64,000 nt of DNA from Candidatus Omnitrophota bacterium (lineage in GTDB: Bacteria; Omnitrophota; Gorgyraeia; Gygaellales; Profunditerraquicolaceae). A program made the position numbers and the translations under genes. The notes under the pieces were generated by a model. That model was not told where the DNA came from. It saw only the letters and a list, made by a program, of their open reading frames with translations, and ran no database searches. Each line of letters opens with the position of its first letter. Position 1 is the stretch's first letter. Of this stretch, positions 26,425 through 36,333 are shown piece after piece. The stretch covers positions 112,960-176,959 of the forward strand of contig JBAZOC010000001.1 of the NCBI GenBank assembly GCA_041648915.1, in the 5' to 3' direction.

Positions 26425-27654
26425 TTATTTTATAAAACTGGTTAATAAAAGGGCCGCGGAAAGGCCGATCATTGCGACAATAACAGCTATGCTTAAAATA
26501 TTATAAATCCGTGAATTGGTGTATTTACCCATCAGGCGTTTATTGTTGACCAATAAGAGCATGAAGATAAGGACAAAAGGCAGAAGTATGCCGTTAGTGA
26601 CTTGGGATACCAGCATGATCGGGATAAGTCTTACATTAGGCAGAAGTATTATCGCTGCCCCGATAATGATTATGGTTGTATAGAGCGCGTAGAACTGCGG
26701 CGCCTCCCTGAACCGGCGGTTTACTCCTACCTCCCATCCCATCCCCTCGCAGACCGAATAGGCAGTGGACAAAGGAAGGATGCATGCGGCAAAGATGGAC
26801 GCGTTCAGCAGCCCGAAAGCAAAAAGATAAAAACAATATTGCCCGGCCAGGGGCTTAAGGGCCAGCGCTGCGTCTTTAGCGGTTTCAATCCTTATGCCAT
26901 GCGTAAAAAGGGTATTCGCGCAGACGACTACAATAAAGATGGCGATGATATTCACCACAAAAGCGCCGATAATCACATCCAGACGGCTGTATTTATAATT
27001 CTCCATCTTGATGCCTTTTTCTACGACTGATGATTGCTGGTAAAACTGCATCCACGGAGCGATGGTTGTTCCGATTACGCCGATGAGCATAAACAGGTAG
27101 GCTTTATCAAACTGGATAGCCGGCTTTAAGGAGCTATTGGCTACGGCGTTCCAGTCGGGCCGGGAGAGAAAACCCGAAATAATATATGATACATAAAACA
27201 AACAAGCGACAAGGAATACCTTCTCTACGGATTTATAGGTGCCTTTGACGATGAGCCACCAGACAAAAAGCGCGCATAAGGGTACAAGTATATACTTATT
27301 GATGCCGAATAATTCCGCGCTGGCGGCGATTCCGGCAAATTCCGCAATGGTGTTAAAGATATTAGAAAGTATCAAGCCCATCATGGCGTAAAAAGTTATT
27401 TTTACTCCGAACTCTTCGCGGATTAAATCGGCCAGGCCTTTGCCGGTCACCACGGCCATCCGCGCGCACATCTCCTGGATAATGACCAGGGCAATAATGA
27501 TGGGGACAAACGACCAGATCAGCGAGTAGCCAAAATGCGCCCCGGCCACCGAGTAGGTGGTAATGCCCCCGGCGTCATTATCCACGTTGGCGGTAATTAT
27601 CCCCGGCCCCATTACCGAAAGGAATATAATTATTTTTCTCCAGGTGTTTTTCAT
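26425..27654 (-). CDS. mntH: NRAMP-family divalent metal (Mn2+/Fe2+) transporter
   Basis: GPGIITANVDNDAGGITTYS is the NRAMP signature. The product is polytopic. Confidence 0.8.
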   Translation of the reverse strand: MKNTWRKIIIFLSVMGPGIITANVDNDAGGITTYSVAGAHFGYSLIWSFVPIIIALVIIQEMCARMAVVTGKGLADLIREEFGVKITFYAMMGLILSNIFNTIAEFAGIAASAELFGINKYILVPLCALFVWWLIVKGTYKSVEKVFLVACLFYVSYIISGFLSRPDWNAVANSSLKPAIQFDKAYLFMLIGVIGTTIAPWMQFYQQSSVVEKGIKMENYKYSRLDVIIGAFVVNIIAIFIVVVCANTLFTHGIRIETAKDAALALKPLAGQYCFYLFAFGLLNASIFAACILPLSTAYSVCEGMGWEVGVNRRFREAPQFYALYTTIIIIGAAIILLPNVRLIPIMLVSQVTNGILLPFVLIFMLLLVNNKRLMGKYTNSRIYNILSIAVIVAMIGLSAALLLTSFIK

Positions 27655-29006
27655 GAATTTTTAGAAAGTATTTTTATTTTTTTAAGCCTTCTCCAGGCAA
27701 AAGCGATTAATTGGCTCAGGATATCGTCAACGGTGATGATCCCCTGCAGTACGCGGTTCTCGTCAACCACCGGGATAGTATAGTATTTGTATTTTTCCAT
27801 TAGATAGGCTACTTCTTTTACGCTGGAGTTCAGGTGCACGGAATAGGTCTTGGGGAACGCGACATTCTGGATCGGTTCCCGGGGGTCAGCCAGGATCAAT
27901 CTGCGGAAATTAGTTGTGCCGAGCAGGCAGTTATTTTCGTCAACGATGTAAACATATTGCGCAGGTTCAACCTTATAGGCGCGCTCCTTGATCTGTTTAA
28001 GCGCCGTCTCCACCGGCGTATCTTTGATAAAGACCGTATATTCGGCGGTCATCAGTCCTCCGGCAGAATCGCTGGAATAACCCAGTAATTGAGATAATTT
28101 CTTGGCGTATTTACTTTCAATAAAGCCTAAAATATGCTCGGCCATATCCTTGGGCAGCTTTTCCAGGAAGTCCGTGGCTTCATCGGAAGGGATATTGTTT
28201 AATAATTCGGCTACCTGTTTGGGCGCCAGGTCTTCCACCAGGGATTTCTGGGTTTTGAAGTCGATATTGGTAAAGACCCTGGCCCGGGTCAGGGCATCCA
28301 GCGACTGGAAAAAAGTAAGCTGTTGTTTAATATTTAGATCCAGGAATATCTCTCCCAGGTCGGCAGCCGGGATGCTACTAAATTGCTTCTCCGGGACGTT
28401 CACCTTGATGGTCATGCTCGCCGAGTTGGCCGAAAGCGGCTGGATATATTTCCAGGAGATAAAGTGCTCGGTTTGAAGATACTTGGAATTCTTAGCGATC
28501 AGGCTGACCAGAAAATCTACTAATTTTTCAAAGCCTAATCTGCGGATAAGCCCCCGGGTGCTGATGTCCACGTGGGCGACCATCAGCGCCTGCTCTACGA
28601 AGAGCAGATGGATGTCGTTAATCCGGATGACTTTGTGGTCATGGGTATCCACTACCTGCTGGTCGAGTATATCCCTGCGCAGGGTAAGCTCGTTTTTATT
28701 ATCGTGTTTTTTTTCAAAAGCAATCCTAGGGCCCTCGATGTCCAGGCTGGTTTCCTGGCTATAGATATCTATGTCTTGTATATGCTCCCAGCTGATTATT
28801 GCGTATTTACGGTTAGGAAAACCTTTGCGGATGACCAGGAATGCGGACTGCGGATAGACTGCGCTGGGCTTAAGTATTATGTCGTATATCTGGCCGATGA
28901 CCTTCTTATGGCTATCCAGCACCGGCTTATCTATCAATTCGGAAAAATAGATAAACATTTTATTTGCCGTTATCCGGTTAAACATTGTTTTGTCCTGTTC
29001 AGGCAT
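27651..29006 (-). CDS. soluble PRC-barrel / MgtE-N / CBS-pair protein (MgtE-like cytosolic sensor part without the membrane channel domain)
   Basis: A MgtE_N-like helical region is followed by two CBS motifs, and there are no TM segments. The gene overlaps the mntH start by 4 bp. Confidence 0.6.
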   Translation of the reverse strand: MPEQDKTMFNRITANKMFIYFSELIDKPVLDSHKKVIGQIYDIILKPSAVYPQSAFLVIRKGFPNRKYAIISWEHIQDIDIYSQETSLDIEGPRIAFEKKHDNKNELTLRRDILDQQVVDTHDHKVIRINDIHLLFVEQALMVAHVDISTRGLIRRLGFEKLVDFLVSLIAKNSKYLQTEHFISWKYIQPLSANSASMTIKVNVPEKQFSSIPAADLGEIFLDLNIKQQLTFFQSLDALTRARVFTNIDFKTQKSLVEDLAPKQVAELLNNIPSDEATDFLEKLPKDMAEHILGFIESKYAKKLSQLLGYSSDSAGGLMTAEYTVFIKDTPVETALKQIKERAYKVEPAQYVYIVDENNCLLGTTNFRRLILADPREPIQNVAFPKTYSVHLNSSVKEVAYLMEKYKYYTIPVVDENRVLQGIITVDDILSQLIAFAWRRLKKIKILSKNS

Positions 29007-29847
29007 TTTCTTCGCCGATCTCTTTTTCTTCTTGTTTAAAGGCTTTAAGGCGCTGGCTAAGTTCTCCGAAATCTACCTGGTGCGCGTCAAAATCCGGCCC
29101 GTCCACGCAGGCGAAAGCGGTTTTGCCGGCTACGTGGCAGCGGCAGGCGCCGCACATGCCGGTAGCATCAACCATAATCGGATTAAGGCTGGCTATGGTT
29201 TTGACGGAGTAACCTCTGGTAAAATCCGCTACTGCCCGCATCATCGGCACCGGGCCGATGCAGTAAACTAAATCCGGATACTGCGTTTGTGTCGAATTTT
29301 CAATTGCCGCAAAAAGGTCTTTTAGGACGTCGGTAACCAGGCCGCGACGGCCGTAAGAACCGTCATCAGTAGTAATGAAGAGCTCGTCGCAGCTGCCGCG
29401 TAAAACATCTTCCAGGATCAATAAGTCCTTATTTCTGCTGCCGACTATACAGATAACCCGGTTATCTGCCTGTTTAAAGGCTCTGGCCACCGGATAAATT
29501 TCAGCTGCCCCCACGCCGCCGGCGACGCAATAGACCTGCCCCAGGTTTTTTGCTTCCGTAGGATGCCCTAAGGGGCCGAGTATATGCCGGAGCTCCTGGC
29601 CTATTTCCAGTTTAGCCAGCCGGCGGGTAGTAAAGCCCGCTTTTTGAAAAATTAGCGTAAGCGTACCCTCCTCCTTATCCCAATCTGCGAGCGTAAGCGG
29701 TATGCGTTCTCCCTTTTCATCGATAATGATTACCACAAATTGCCCGGCTTGGGCTTTTTGGGCAATGCAAGCCGCTTCCACGGTAATCCGGGTTATGTCG
29801 CTATTTAAATTTTCTTTCTTAATTATTTTGAACACGGGTATCCTCAA
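28999..29847 (-). CDS. PyrK/NfnA-like FAD and [2Fe-2S] ferredoxin-NADP+ reductase subunit (sulfide dehydrogenase SudB-like)
   Basis: The product is 282 aa with an FAD/NAD-binding fold and a C-terminal CGACRC...C cluster. Confidence 0.65.
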   Translation of the reverse strand: MRIPVFKIIKKENLNSDITRITVEAACIAQKAQAGQFVVIIIDEKGERIPLTLADWDKEEGTLTLIFQKAGFTTRRLAKLEIGQELRHILGPLGHPTEAKNLGQVYCVAGGVGAAEIYPVARAFKQADNRVICIVGSRNKDLLILEDVLRGSCDELFITTDDGSYGRRGLVTDVLKDLFAAIENSTQTQYPDLVYCIGPVPMMRAVADFTRGYSVKTIASLNPIMVDATGMCGACRCHVAGKTAFACVDGPDFDAHQVDFGELSQRLKAFKQEEKEIGEENA

Positions 29848-31480
29848 TGATGTTCACGCGGATATGGTTAAATTGCCTGGCCAGCTCTTCTCCTTTATCT
29901 TTGCCTAAGACAAAAATTGCCGTAGCTAATGCGTCTGCGGTCAGGCCGTCCCTGGCAATAACCGTTACCGAAATAATCCGGCTATCCGCCGGATAACCGG
30001 TTTGCGGGTTAAATATGTGCGGGTAACGTTTTTTATCCTGGGAAAAGTAGCGCTCATAACCGCCTGAAGTTGCCACGCATCTGTCTTTTAACTCCAGATA
30101 TCCGGCTATAGTATTACTCCCCGCGGCCTTGATCGCTATCCTCCAGGGCTTGGCGAACCTGTCTCCCAGGCAATAAACCTGCCCGCCGGCATTAATCAGG
30201 CAGCTCTTAATCCCGCACTCTCTTAATTTTTTTGCTGCGCAGTCCAGGGCATAGCCTTTGGCTACTCCGCCCAAATCCAGCTTCATCCCGGAAAGTTTAA
30301 ATTGTACCACACTCTCTTTCTCTTGCAAAATAATTTTATCCGCCCCGGTTAATCTTAGGGCTTCTTCCAGCTCCTCTTTTTTAGGCACGCGGTATTGCCT
30401 GTCCCCGAAACCCCAGAGGTCCACCAGGGGTCCGGTGGTAATATCAAACGCTCCCTTACTGGCTGACCAGAATTCCTTGGATTTTTTAATTACATAAAAT
30501 GTTTCCGGGCTCACCTTCAAGCAGCCGGTTCTATTCAATTGCGCTATTTCGCTTCCACTCTCGTATTTACTTAATAATTTTTCAATGCGCCGGAATTCGT
30601 CAAAAACGATTTTTCCTGCTTTCAGGTCCGGAGAAATCACCTCCAGGCATGTTCCCATCATTAGGTATTTGGCCCGGTAGAGATGCTCATCTTGAGCATA
30701 TGCCTGTGCCAGGAGTAGGCCAGCCTTGCTAAAATCCGGGGCAATTTCCAGCGCGTATTTTAATTCCCGGATCGCTTTCTTTATGCTCCCGCCTTCAAGT
30801 AAAGGCGCTTCCAGATAGAAAATTCCCAAATATAGGTGGGTTTCGGGTAATTCCGGGGCCAGCCGTACGGCTTTTAAGAAACAATCTTTAAGCTCCAGGC
30901 CCCTGTTTATCCTGGCGATCATTCCGCCGTTAAAAGGCCGGGCGCTATTTATTAGGCCCAGGAGCGTATAGGCTAAAGCCCGGCCCTGGCAGTTTGTCTT
31001 GCAAACGCTAAAAGCCTGCCGGGTTAGATTCAAAGCCGTGTTTAAGTTTCCCTCATTATATTGGATATAAGCTAAACTTAAAAGCGCTCGCCAATGGTCC
31101 GGTTTTATATCCAATACCTCCTGAAACATAAGTTCGGCTAATTTATTTTGCCGTGCCCTTCTAAAAATTTCGGCTTTTCCCCAAAGAGCGTCCGGATTTT
31201 TCGGTTCGCTCAATAAAACTTTATCCAGGATTACCAGGGCAGCTTTGTTTTTTCTGACCCTGAGTAAATCCAGGGCTTGGTCAACTGGGCGAAGCGGTTT
31301 TTCCGCAATAATCCTGGCGGGGCAATTTAGCGCCTTTTTCTCCAGCGCAAAATAGGCCAAAGCAATACCGCAGCCAAGCAGCACCAGCAGTATCAGAAGG
31401 CGTCCCCTATTAGGGGACACCTTTGCTTTGAGTTGAGAACCGTCCCTGTTATTAAAGTGTGGAAGCATAGCTTGCCTCAA
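29819..31480 (-). CDS. membrane-anchored TPR-repeat / ApbE (FAD:protein FMN transferase) fusion protein
   Basis: TPR-like repeats occupy the N-terminal half. The C-terminal half carries ApbE motifs (GGVAKGYALD...INAGG...TSGGYERYF...DALATAIFVLG). Confidence 0.7.
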   Translation of the reverse strand: MRQAMLPHFNNRDGSQLKAKVSPNRGRLLILLVLLGCGIALAYFALEKKALNCPARIIAEKPLRPVDQALDLLRVRKNKAALVILDKVLLSEPKNPDALWGKAEIFRRARQNKLAELMFQEVLDIKPDHWRALLSLAYIQYNEGNLNTALNLTRQAFSVCKTNCQGRALAYTLLGLINSARPFNGGMIARINRGLELKDCFLKAVRLAPELPETHLYLGIFYLEAPLLEGGSIKKAIRELKYALEIAPDFSKAGLLLAQAYAQDEHLYRAKYLMMGTCLEVISPDLKAGKIVFDEFRRIEKLLSKYESGSEIAQLNRTGCLKVSPETFYVIKKSKEFWSASKGAFDITTGPLVDLWGFGDRQYRVPKKEELEEALRLTGADKIILQEKESVVQFKLSGMKLDLGGVAKGYALDCAAKKLRECGIKSCLINAGGQVYCLGDRFAKPWRIAIKAAGSNTIAGYLELKDRCVATSGGYERYFSQDKKRYPHIFNPQTGYPADSRIISVTVIARDGLTADALATAIFVLGKDKGEELARQFNHIRVNIIEDTRVQNN

Positions 31481-32378
31481 TAGTTTTAACCAGATCCACC
31501 AGCATGGAATTCACCGGTACGGGGATGTTTAACTCCTGCCCCAGGCGTACAACTACGCCGTTAATAAAATCTATTTCCGTGCGTTTCTTGCGCAGGATAT
31601 CCTGGAGCATCGAAGAAACATTGCTGGAGGTCGCCTCGCAGACTGCCTCCACCTTGGCCAGCGGGTCGTCGTAAATCAGTTTTATCCTTTTTCTTTTAGC
31701 GATGCGGATAGCTTCCGTAACTGCCTCGCGCATAATCCTGCGCGAGCCTTCAAATTCCGTCAATTTTCCGTTGTTCAGCCGGGTTATGGCCGTAAGGGCG
31801 TTAATACCAACGTTAATGATTAGTTTTGACCAGAGCAGGGATTTTATATCCCGTGAAATACGCGTATCCAGGCCGGCGCTATTAAAAATTTCGCGGATAG
31901 AGCGCATACCTGCTGTGGTTTTGGCGTCAATCCGGCCGATGACGGTTTCGCCTTTGCCGGCGTGCCTGGCCTTAGCAATATCCAGCAGGGTCGCGCCAAG
32001 GTTAGTTACCCCGCCGATTACTTTATCCGGCCCTACTGCTTCGGCGATAATTTCCACATTACCCAGGCCGTTCTGCAGGGTTAGGACCGCGGTATGCTCT
32101 CCTACCAGCGCCTTAGAGCGCGTTATTGCTTCTTTGGTATTATAGGATTTAACGCAGATAACCACCAGGTCGGCTAAGCCGATATCTTTTACCTCGGTCG
32201 TTGCCTTAGGGTTACACTGCCATTGGCCGCTGATGCCTTCTAAGGTTATCCCGCCCTGCCTAATCCTGGAAGCCCGGTCTTTATTATAATCCAGAATCCA
32301 TAGTTCTTCTTTTAACTTGGAGAGAAAAGCGCTTAACAAACAACCCATCGCCCCCGGCCCCACAATAGCTATTTTCAT
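31452..32378 (-). CDS. panE: 2-dehydropantoate 2-reductase
   Basis: MKIAIVGPGAMGCLL... Rossmann fold and ApbA/PanE family features. Confidence 0.75.
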   Translation of the reverse strand: MKIAIVGPGAMGCLLSAFLSKLKEELWILDYNKDRASRIRQGGITLEGISGQWQCNPKATTEVKDIGLADLVVICVKSYNTKEAITRSKALVGEHTAVLTLQNGLGNVEIIAEAVGPDKVIGGVTNLGATLLDIAKARHAGKGETVIGRIDAKTTAGMRSIREIFNSAGLDTRISRDIKSLLWSKLIINVGINALTAITRLNNGKLTEFEGSRRIMREAVTEAIRIAKRKRIKLIYDDPLAKVEAVCEATSSNVSSMLQDILRKKRTEIDFINGVVVRLGQELNIPVPVNSMLVDLVKTIEASYASTL

Positions 32379-32379
32379 C

Positions 32380-33132
32380 TTAGACCTCCACCAGCCTGTT
32401 TGCGACTTTTTGTGATTTTAATTCCCGCTCCAGATGGAAGTTCAAAAAGGCATTCAGGATTATTTCCAGCTCTTTTTTGATCTGCGGGTTTAAACCCAGG
32501 TTTAGATTATTCTTCAGGTTATTCCTCTCGATATATAATACGGAGGCAATTGTCCCGCGGAATATAGAACGCGAGGAGGTATCTTTAGGGTAACATTTTT
32601 CGCATAAGAGCCCGCCCAGGCTTAAGGAAAATTTTGACTGGCCCAGGATCCTGTCGCCGCAGGAGACGCAGGAATCAAAGTGCGGCTTAAAACCTGAAAG
32701 CGCAAGCATCTTGATTTTAAAAATAGTCATTATTTTTTCCGGGCTATAGGTCGTTTCAAGTTCTTTCAGGCACTCTAAAGTTAAGTTGAATACCTCTTCG
32801 TTCCTGTCTTCAGGCTGCATAACTGCCGCCACCAGCTCCATCATAATACCCATAAAACCTGCCTTAGCCAGGCTCTTTCTTATATCAAAAAAATTATCCT
32901 TCAGGTCACAGGCGCTGACCAGGTGCAGCGCAGTATTTGTTTTTTTATAGAAGATTATTTCATTATAGGAAGAAACCTCTAAAGTGCTGGCGAATTTTTC
33001 CGGTTCAGTGCGTATTCCCTTAAGCAGGCCGCTAAGCTTGCCGAAATCCCGGGTGTATAAATCCACGATCAGCGAGGTTTCTCGGAAATCCCGGCGCCTT
33101 AAGACTATGGCTTCGGTTTTATGGATGGGCAT
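32380..33132 (-). CDS. recO: DNA repair protein RecO
   Basis: The N-terminal OB fold and a C-terminal Cys4 zinc motif match RecO. Confidence 0.75.
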   Translation of the reverse strand: MPIHKTEAIVLRRRDFRETSLIVDLYTRDFGKLSGLLKGIRTEPEKFASTLEVSSYNEIIFYKKTNTALHLVSACDLKDNFFDIRKSLAKAGFMGIMMELVAAVMQPEDRNEEVFNLTLECLKELETTYSPEKIMTIFKIKMLALSGFKPHFDSCVSCGDRILGQSKFSLSLGGLLCEKCYPKDTSSRSIFRGTIASVLYIERNNLKNNLNLGLNPQIKKELEIILNAFLNFHLERELKSQKVANRLVEV

Positions 33133-33583
33133 ATTGAGATTCTTTCTTGCGCATGAGCGATTTGCCTTTAAGGGTATGGTCCGTATAACCCAAAAGATGC
33201 AACAGTCCGTGGATAGAATATAAATTTAACTCATCAGCAACCGATGTTTGGTAAGTCCGGGCATTCCGCAGTGCCGTGTCCGCAGAGACCACTATGTCGG
33301 CAAGCATTTTTTTTGAGTTCAGGCCGCCAGCCAGGTTAAAAGCCAGGACATCCGTAGGCTGCTTTTTTTTCAGGTACCTAAGGTTAAGCTTAGCAATTAG
33401 CCTGTCGTTGACAAAAGAGACAATGATTTCACCTTGTTTTTTCGGGCCCTCTTGCTTTAAAACCCTAAGAATTGATTTTTTTATCCTTGCCGGATAGATG
33501 GGGACCTTCTTTTGAAGGTTTTTTATGATTATTTTCAATCTGCGCACCTTCAGGGTAGCTTGTCCGGCTGTGGTATATGCCAC
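33119..33583 (-). CDS. ybeY: rRNA maturation endoribonuclease YbeY
   Basis: HGLLHLLGYTDH is the metal-binding motif. The ORF-track start is a GTG and overlaps the upstream gene by about 120 bp, so the real start is probably further downstream. Confidence 0.75.
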   Translation of the reverse strand: MAYTTAGQATLKVRRLKIIIKNLQKKVPIYPARIKKSILRVLKQEGPKKQGEIIVSFVNDRLIAKLNLRYLKKKQPTDVLAFNLAGGLNSKKMLADIVVSADTALRNARTYQTSVADELNLYSIHGLLHLLGYTDHTLKGKSLMRKKESQYAHP

Positions 33584-34865
33584 AGAGCAGCCGGATAAAT
33601 ACCGCTGAAATTTTTTCCAGGTCTTTAAGGGTTAACTCGCACTCGTCAAGCTGACCGTCGATAAATTTATTATTGATTACCTTATGCACTAATTCTTCGA
33701 TTTTCGCGGGGCTGGGTTCTCTCAAGGTACGCATGGCTGCTTCTACTGAATCCGCCAGTAACACTATGGCTGTTTCTTTAGTATTGGGCTTAGGGCCGGG
33801 ATAACGAAAACCCTCTTCTTTTACGACTTCGTCTCTTTCCACGTTCTCCAGGGCCCGGCGGTAAAAATAATAAACCAGGCTATTGCCGTGATGTTGCTGG
33901 ATAAAATCTATGAGCGCCGGGTTCAAGTGGTACCGCTTGGCCATCTCCAGGCCTTCTTTGACATGGTTCATGATTACCAGCTTGCTCATGGACGGAGAAA
34001 GATTACCGTGTTTGCTGATCTCCCTGTTCTGGTTTTCGCTGAAATACTCCGGTTTCTGGAGTTTACCGATATCGTGATAATACGCGCCGATCCTGGCTAA
34101 TAAAGCATTCGCTCCTACTGCCCGGCAGGCGGTCTCGGATAAATTACCGACAATCAAACTGTGGTGGTAGGTCCCCGGGGCTTCCTGGATCATCCGCTGT
34201 AAGAGCGGGTGGTGAAAATCTGCCAGTTCCAGGAGGCTGATATTAGTCGCGGTATTAAATAAATATTCAAAAACAGGTAGGACCCCCAGTACTATAATGC
34301 TTGAAATTATTCCGTTAAGGAAAAGGGTCAGGTACCTGGAGGCTAGCCCGATCCAGAGATGTTCGATAAGGACTAAAACGATTACCTGCAAGAGGGCGTT
34401 AAGAATACCCGCGCGGATAATCGTGCTGCGTTTACGCGCTCCCAGGACGAGGAAGCTGGATACTATGCCGCTGGTTAAAGCCAGCAGCATTGTCTGCAGC
34501 GGGTACCCGGAAAAAGAAGCCAGGGCAACTGCCGAAGCCAGGGTAAGCAATAGGGATACCTCCAGGCTGCCAAAGAGCAGCGTGGCCAGCATGGGTATGA
34601 TGGAAAATGGGATGTAGAGTATGGAAAGCTGTTGCCGGATGATAAAAGACCCGCCGGCATAAATAATCAGGAAAAGCAGGGAAAGGTTAATCAGCCGGCA
34701 GCGCTTTATATCCAGCTTTCTTAATTTCAGGTAGCCGCAGAGGATAACCAGGAATAAAGTTACCGCTAAGTTGATCTGCGCAATATAGCTGAAAATAAAC
34801 GCCAGCAGTATTAAGATTATTGTTGGGAAATTAATTTTAGCGGGTAGCTTTATCATATGCCTCAA
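33465..34865 (-). CDS. 7TM-receptor / HD-domain phosphohydrolase (PgpH/YqfF-like; c-di-AMP phosphodiesterase family)
   Basis: A 7-TM N-terminal half is followed by an HD domain (HSLIVGNL...YHDIGK). The order phoH, 7TM-HD, ybeY matches the Bacillus yqfE-yqfF-yqfG arrangement. Confidence 0.7.
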   Translation of the reverse strand: MRHMIKLPAKINFPTIILILLAFIFSYIAQINLAVTLFLVILCGYLKLRKLDIKRCRLINLSLLFLIIYAGGSFIIRQQLSILYIPFSIIPMLATLLFGSLEVSLLLTLASAVALASFSGYPLQTMLLALTSGIVSSFLVLGARKRSTIIRAGILNALLQVIVLVLIEHLWIGLASRYLTLFLNGIISSIIVLGVLPVFEYLFNTATNISLLELADFHHPLLQRMIQEAPGTYHHSLIVGNLSETACRAVGANALLARIGAYYHDIGKLQKPEYFSENQNREISKHGNLSPSMSKLVIMNHVKEGLEMAKRYHLNPALIDFIQQHHGNSLVYYFYRRALENVERDEVVKEEGFRYPGPKPNTKETAIVLLADSVEAAMRTLREPSPAKIEELVHKVINNKFIDGQLDECELTLKDLEKISAVFIRLLCGIYHSRTSYPEGAQIENNHKKPSKEGPHLSGKDKKINS

Positions 34866-35787
34866 TAATCCTCTGTACCAACGCGTGCCTGACTACGTCA
34901 AGGCCGCCAAAGTAGATAAATTTTATCCCTTCGGTATTATGCAGGATATCCTGGGCCTGCAACAGGCCGATAGGTTTACCGTTAGGCAGGTCGCTTTGGG
35001 TTATATCTCCCGTGATTACCGCTTTAGAATCAAATCCCAGGCGCGTCAGGAACATCTTCATTTGTTCGGCAGTGCAATTCTGCGCCTCATCCAGGATAAT
35101 GAAGGCATCATTAAGGGTGCGGCCTCGCATGTAAGCTAAGGGCGCTACTTCAATAATTCCGGTCTCAATGTATTTTTCGATACGTTCGGCCTCCATCATA
35201 TCATAGAGTGCGTCATACAGGGGCCTTAAATACGGAGATATTTTCTCGTGCATATCCCCGGGCAAAAACCCTAATGATTCTCCCGCTTCAATAGCCGGCC
35301 GGGTAAGGATAATCCTGCGTACTTCCTGTTTCTTTAAGGCCTCTACCGCGCTGGCCATTGCCAGGTAAGTTTTGCCTGTTCCTGCCGGGCCGATGCCAAA
35401 GACAATATCAAACTTTTTCATTGCCTCAACATATTCGCGTTGCCCGGTAGTCCTGGGGCCAATCTGCTTTCCGCTAAAAGCGCGGGTAACCCCGGCATCC
35501 GGAATTTCCAGGGAACCGGTTTTGCGGGGTTTCTTGAAATTAGCAATAAGGTAAGCTAAATCCAGCTTGCCTGCGTTAGCCTGGCCTAAGCGGTAGGAGG
35601 CCAGGAGATACTCGATTAATCCGGCAGCCTTTTTGGTATTGGCGGTTGTGCCGCTGATTTTTAAATGTTCTGCGCGCAGGGTCAGTTTTACCTTAAATTC
35701 TTTTTCAATGAGCTTAGCCTGGGAGTCGTGCAGTCCCAGCAGGTCCTGCGCTTCCCGGTGAGTATGGAGTTTGACTATAGTATCCAT
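34837..35787 (-). CDS. phoH: PhoH-like ATPase
   Basis: GPAGTGKTYLA (Walker A) and PhoH-family conservation are present. Confidence 0.8.
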   Translation of the reverse strand: MDTIVKLHTHREAQDLLGLHDSQAKLIEKEFKVKLTLRAEHLKISGTTANTKKAAGLIEYLLASYRLGQANAGKLDLAYLIANFKKPRKTGSLEIPDAGVTRAFSGKQIGPRTTGQREYVEAMKKFDIVFGIGPAGTGKTYLAMASAVEALKKQEVRRIILTRPAIEAGESLGFLPGDMHEKISPYLRPLYDALYDMMEAERIEKYIETGIIEVAPLAYMRGRTLNDAFIILDEAQNCTAEQMKMFLTRLGFDSKAVITGDITQSDLPNGKPIGLLQAQDILHNTEGIKFIYFGGLDVVRHALVQRIIEAYDKATR

Positions 35788-35793
35788 TAATTA

Positions 35794-36333
35794 TTATTTT
35801 AGGTTTTCTTTCGGCTCGCTTAATTCTTCGGCAGCCGGTTGCCTTTGCCCGGCGTCGGGTATGTTCAGAACCTGTCCGGGATAGACTTTATTCGGTCCGC
35901 TTAAGGTATCTTTATTGGCCTCGTAAATCTTGGTCCAATTTCTGGTCGTGCCGTAGAATTTTTTGGATATCTTCTGCAGGGTATCATTTTTAGTTACCAC
36001 ATATCTCTGGCTGGTTACACCGGTCTCTGCTTTCGGCTCCGCAAAGGTTTCTTCAATAAGGATTTCGTTAGTTTCTACTGCCGGTGGCACTGCGTATCCT
36101 TCTTTAGCTTTATACGAACGGCCCAGCTCGAACTCAAATACCTGTATGGTGCGGGTATCTTTTCTGGCTGTTGCCTCCTGCGCCGGGGCCTTACCCGTAA
36201 TAAATCCGCGGTTACCAGTGCTTAAATTCTGGTCGATCCTGTCCTTAGACACCGAATAGGTCCGGGTAACGCAGCCGGAGAGGATTAAAATAGAGGCTAA
36301 GATTAAAAAACCCAGCAGATTCTTACTTTTCAT
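35794..36333 (-). CDS. LysM-domain lipoprotein
   Basis: An ILSGC lipobox is present. The C-terminal LysM reads YVVTKNDTLQKISKKFYG...YPGQVLNIP. Confidence 0.65.
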   Translation of the reverse strand: MKSKNLLGFLILASILILSGCVTRTYSVSKDRIDQNLSTGNRGFITGKAPAQEATARKDTRTIQVFEFELGRSYKAKEGYAVPPAVETNEILIEETFAEPKAETGVTSQRYVVTKNDTLQKISKKFYGTTRNWTKIYEANKDTLSGPNKVYPGQVLNIPDAGQRQPAAEELSEPKENLK

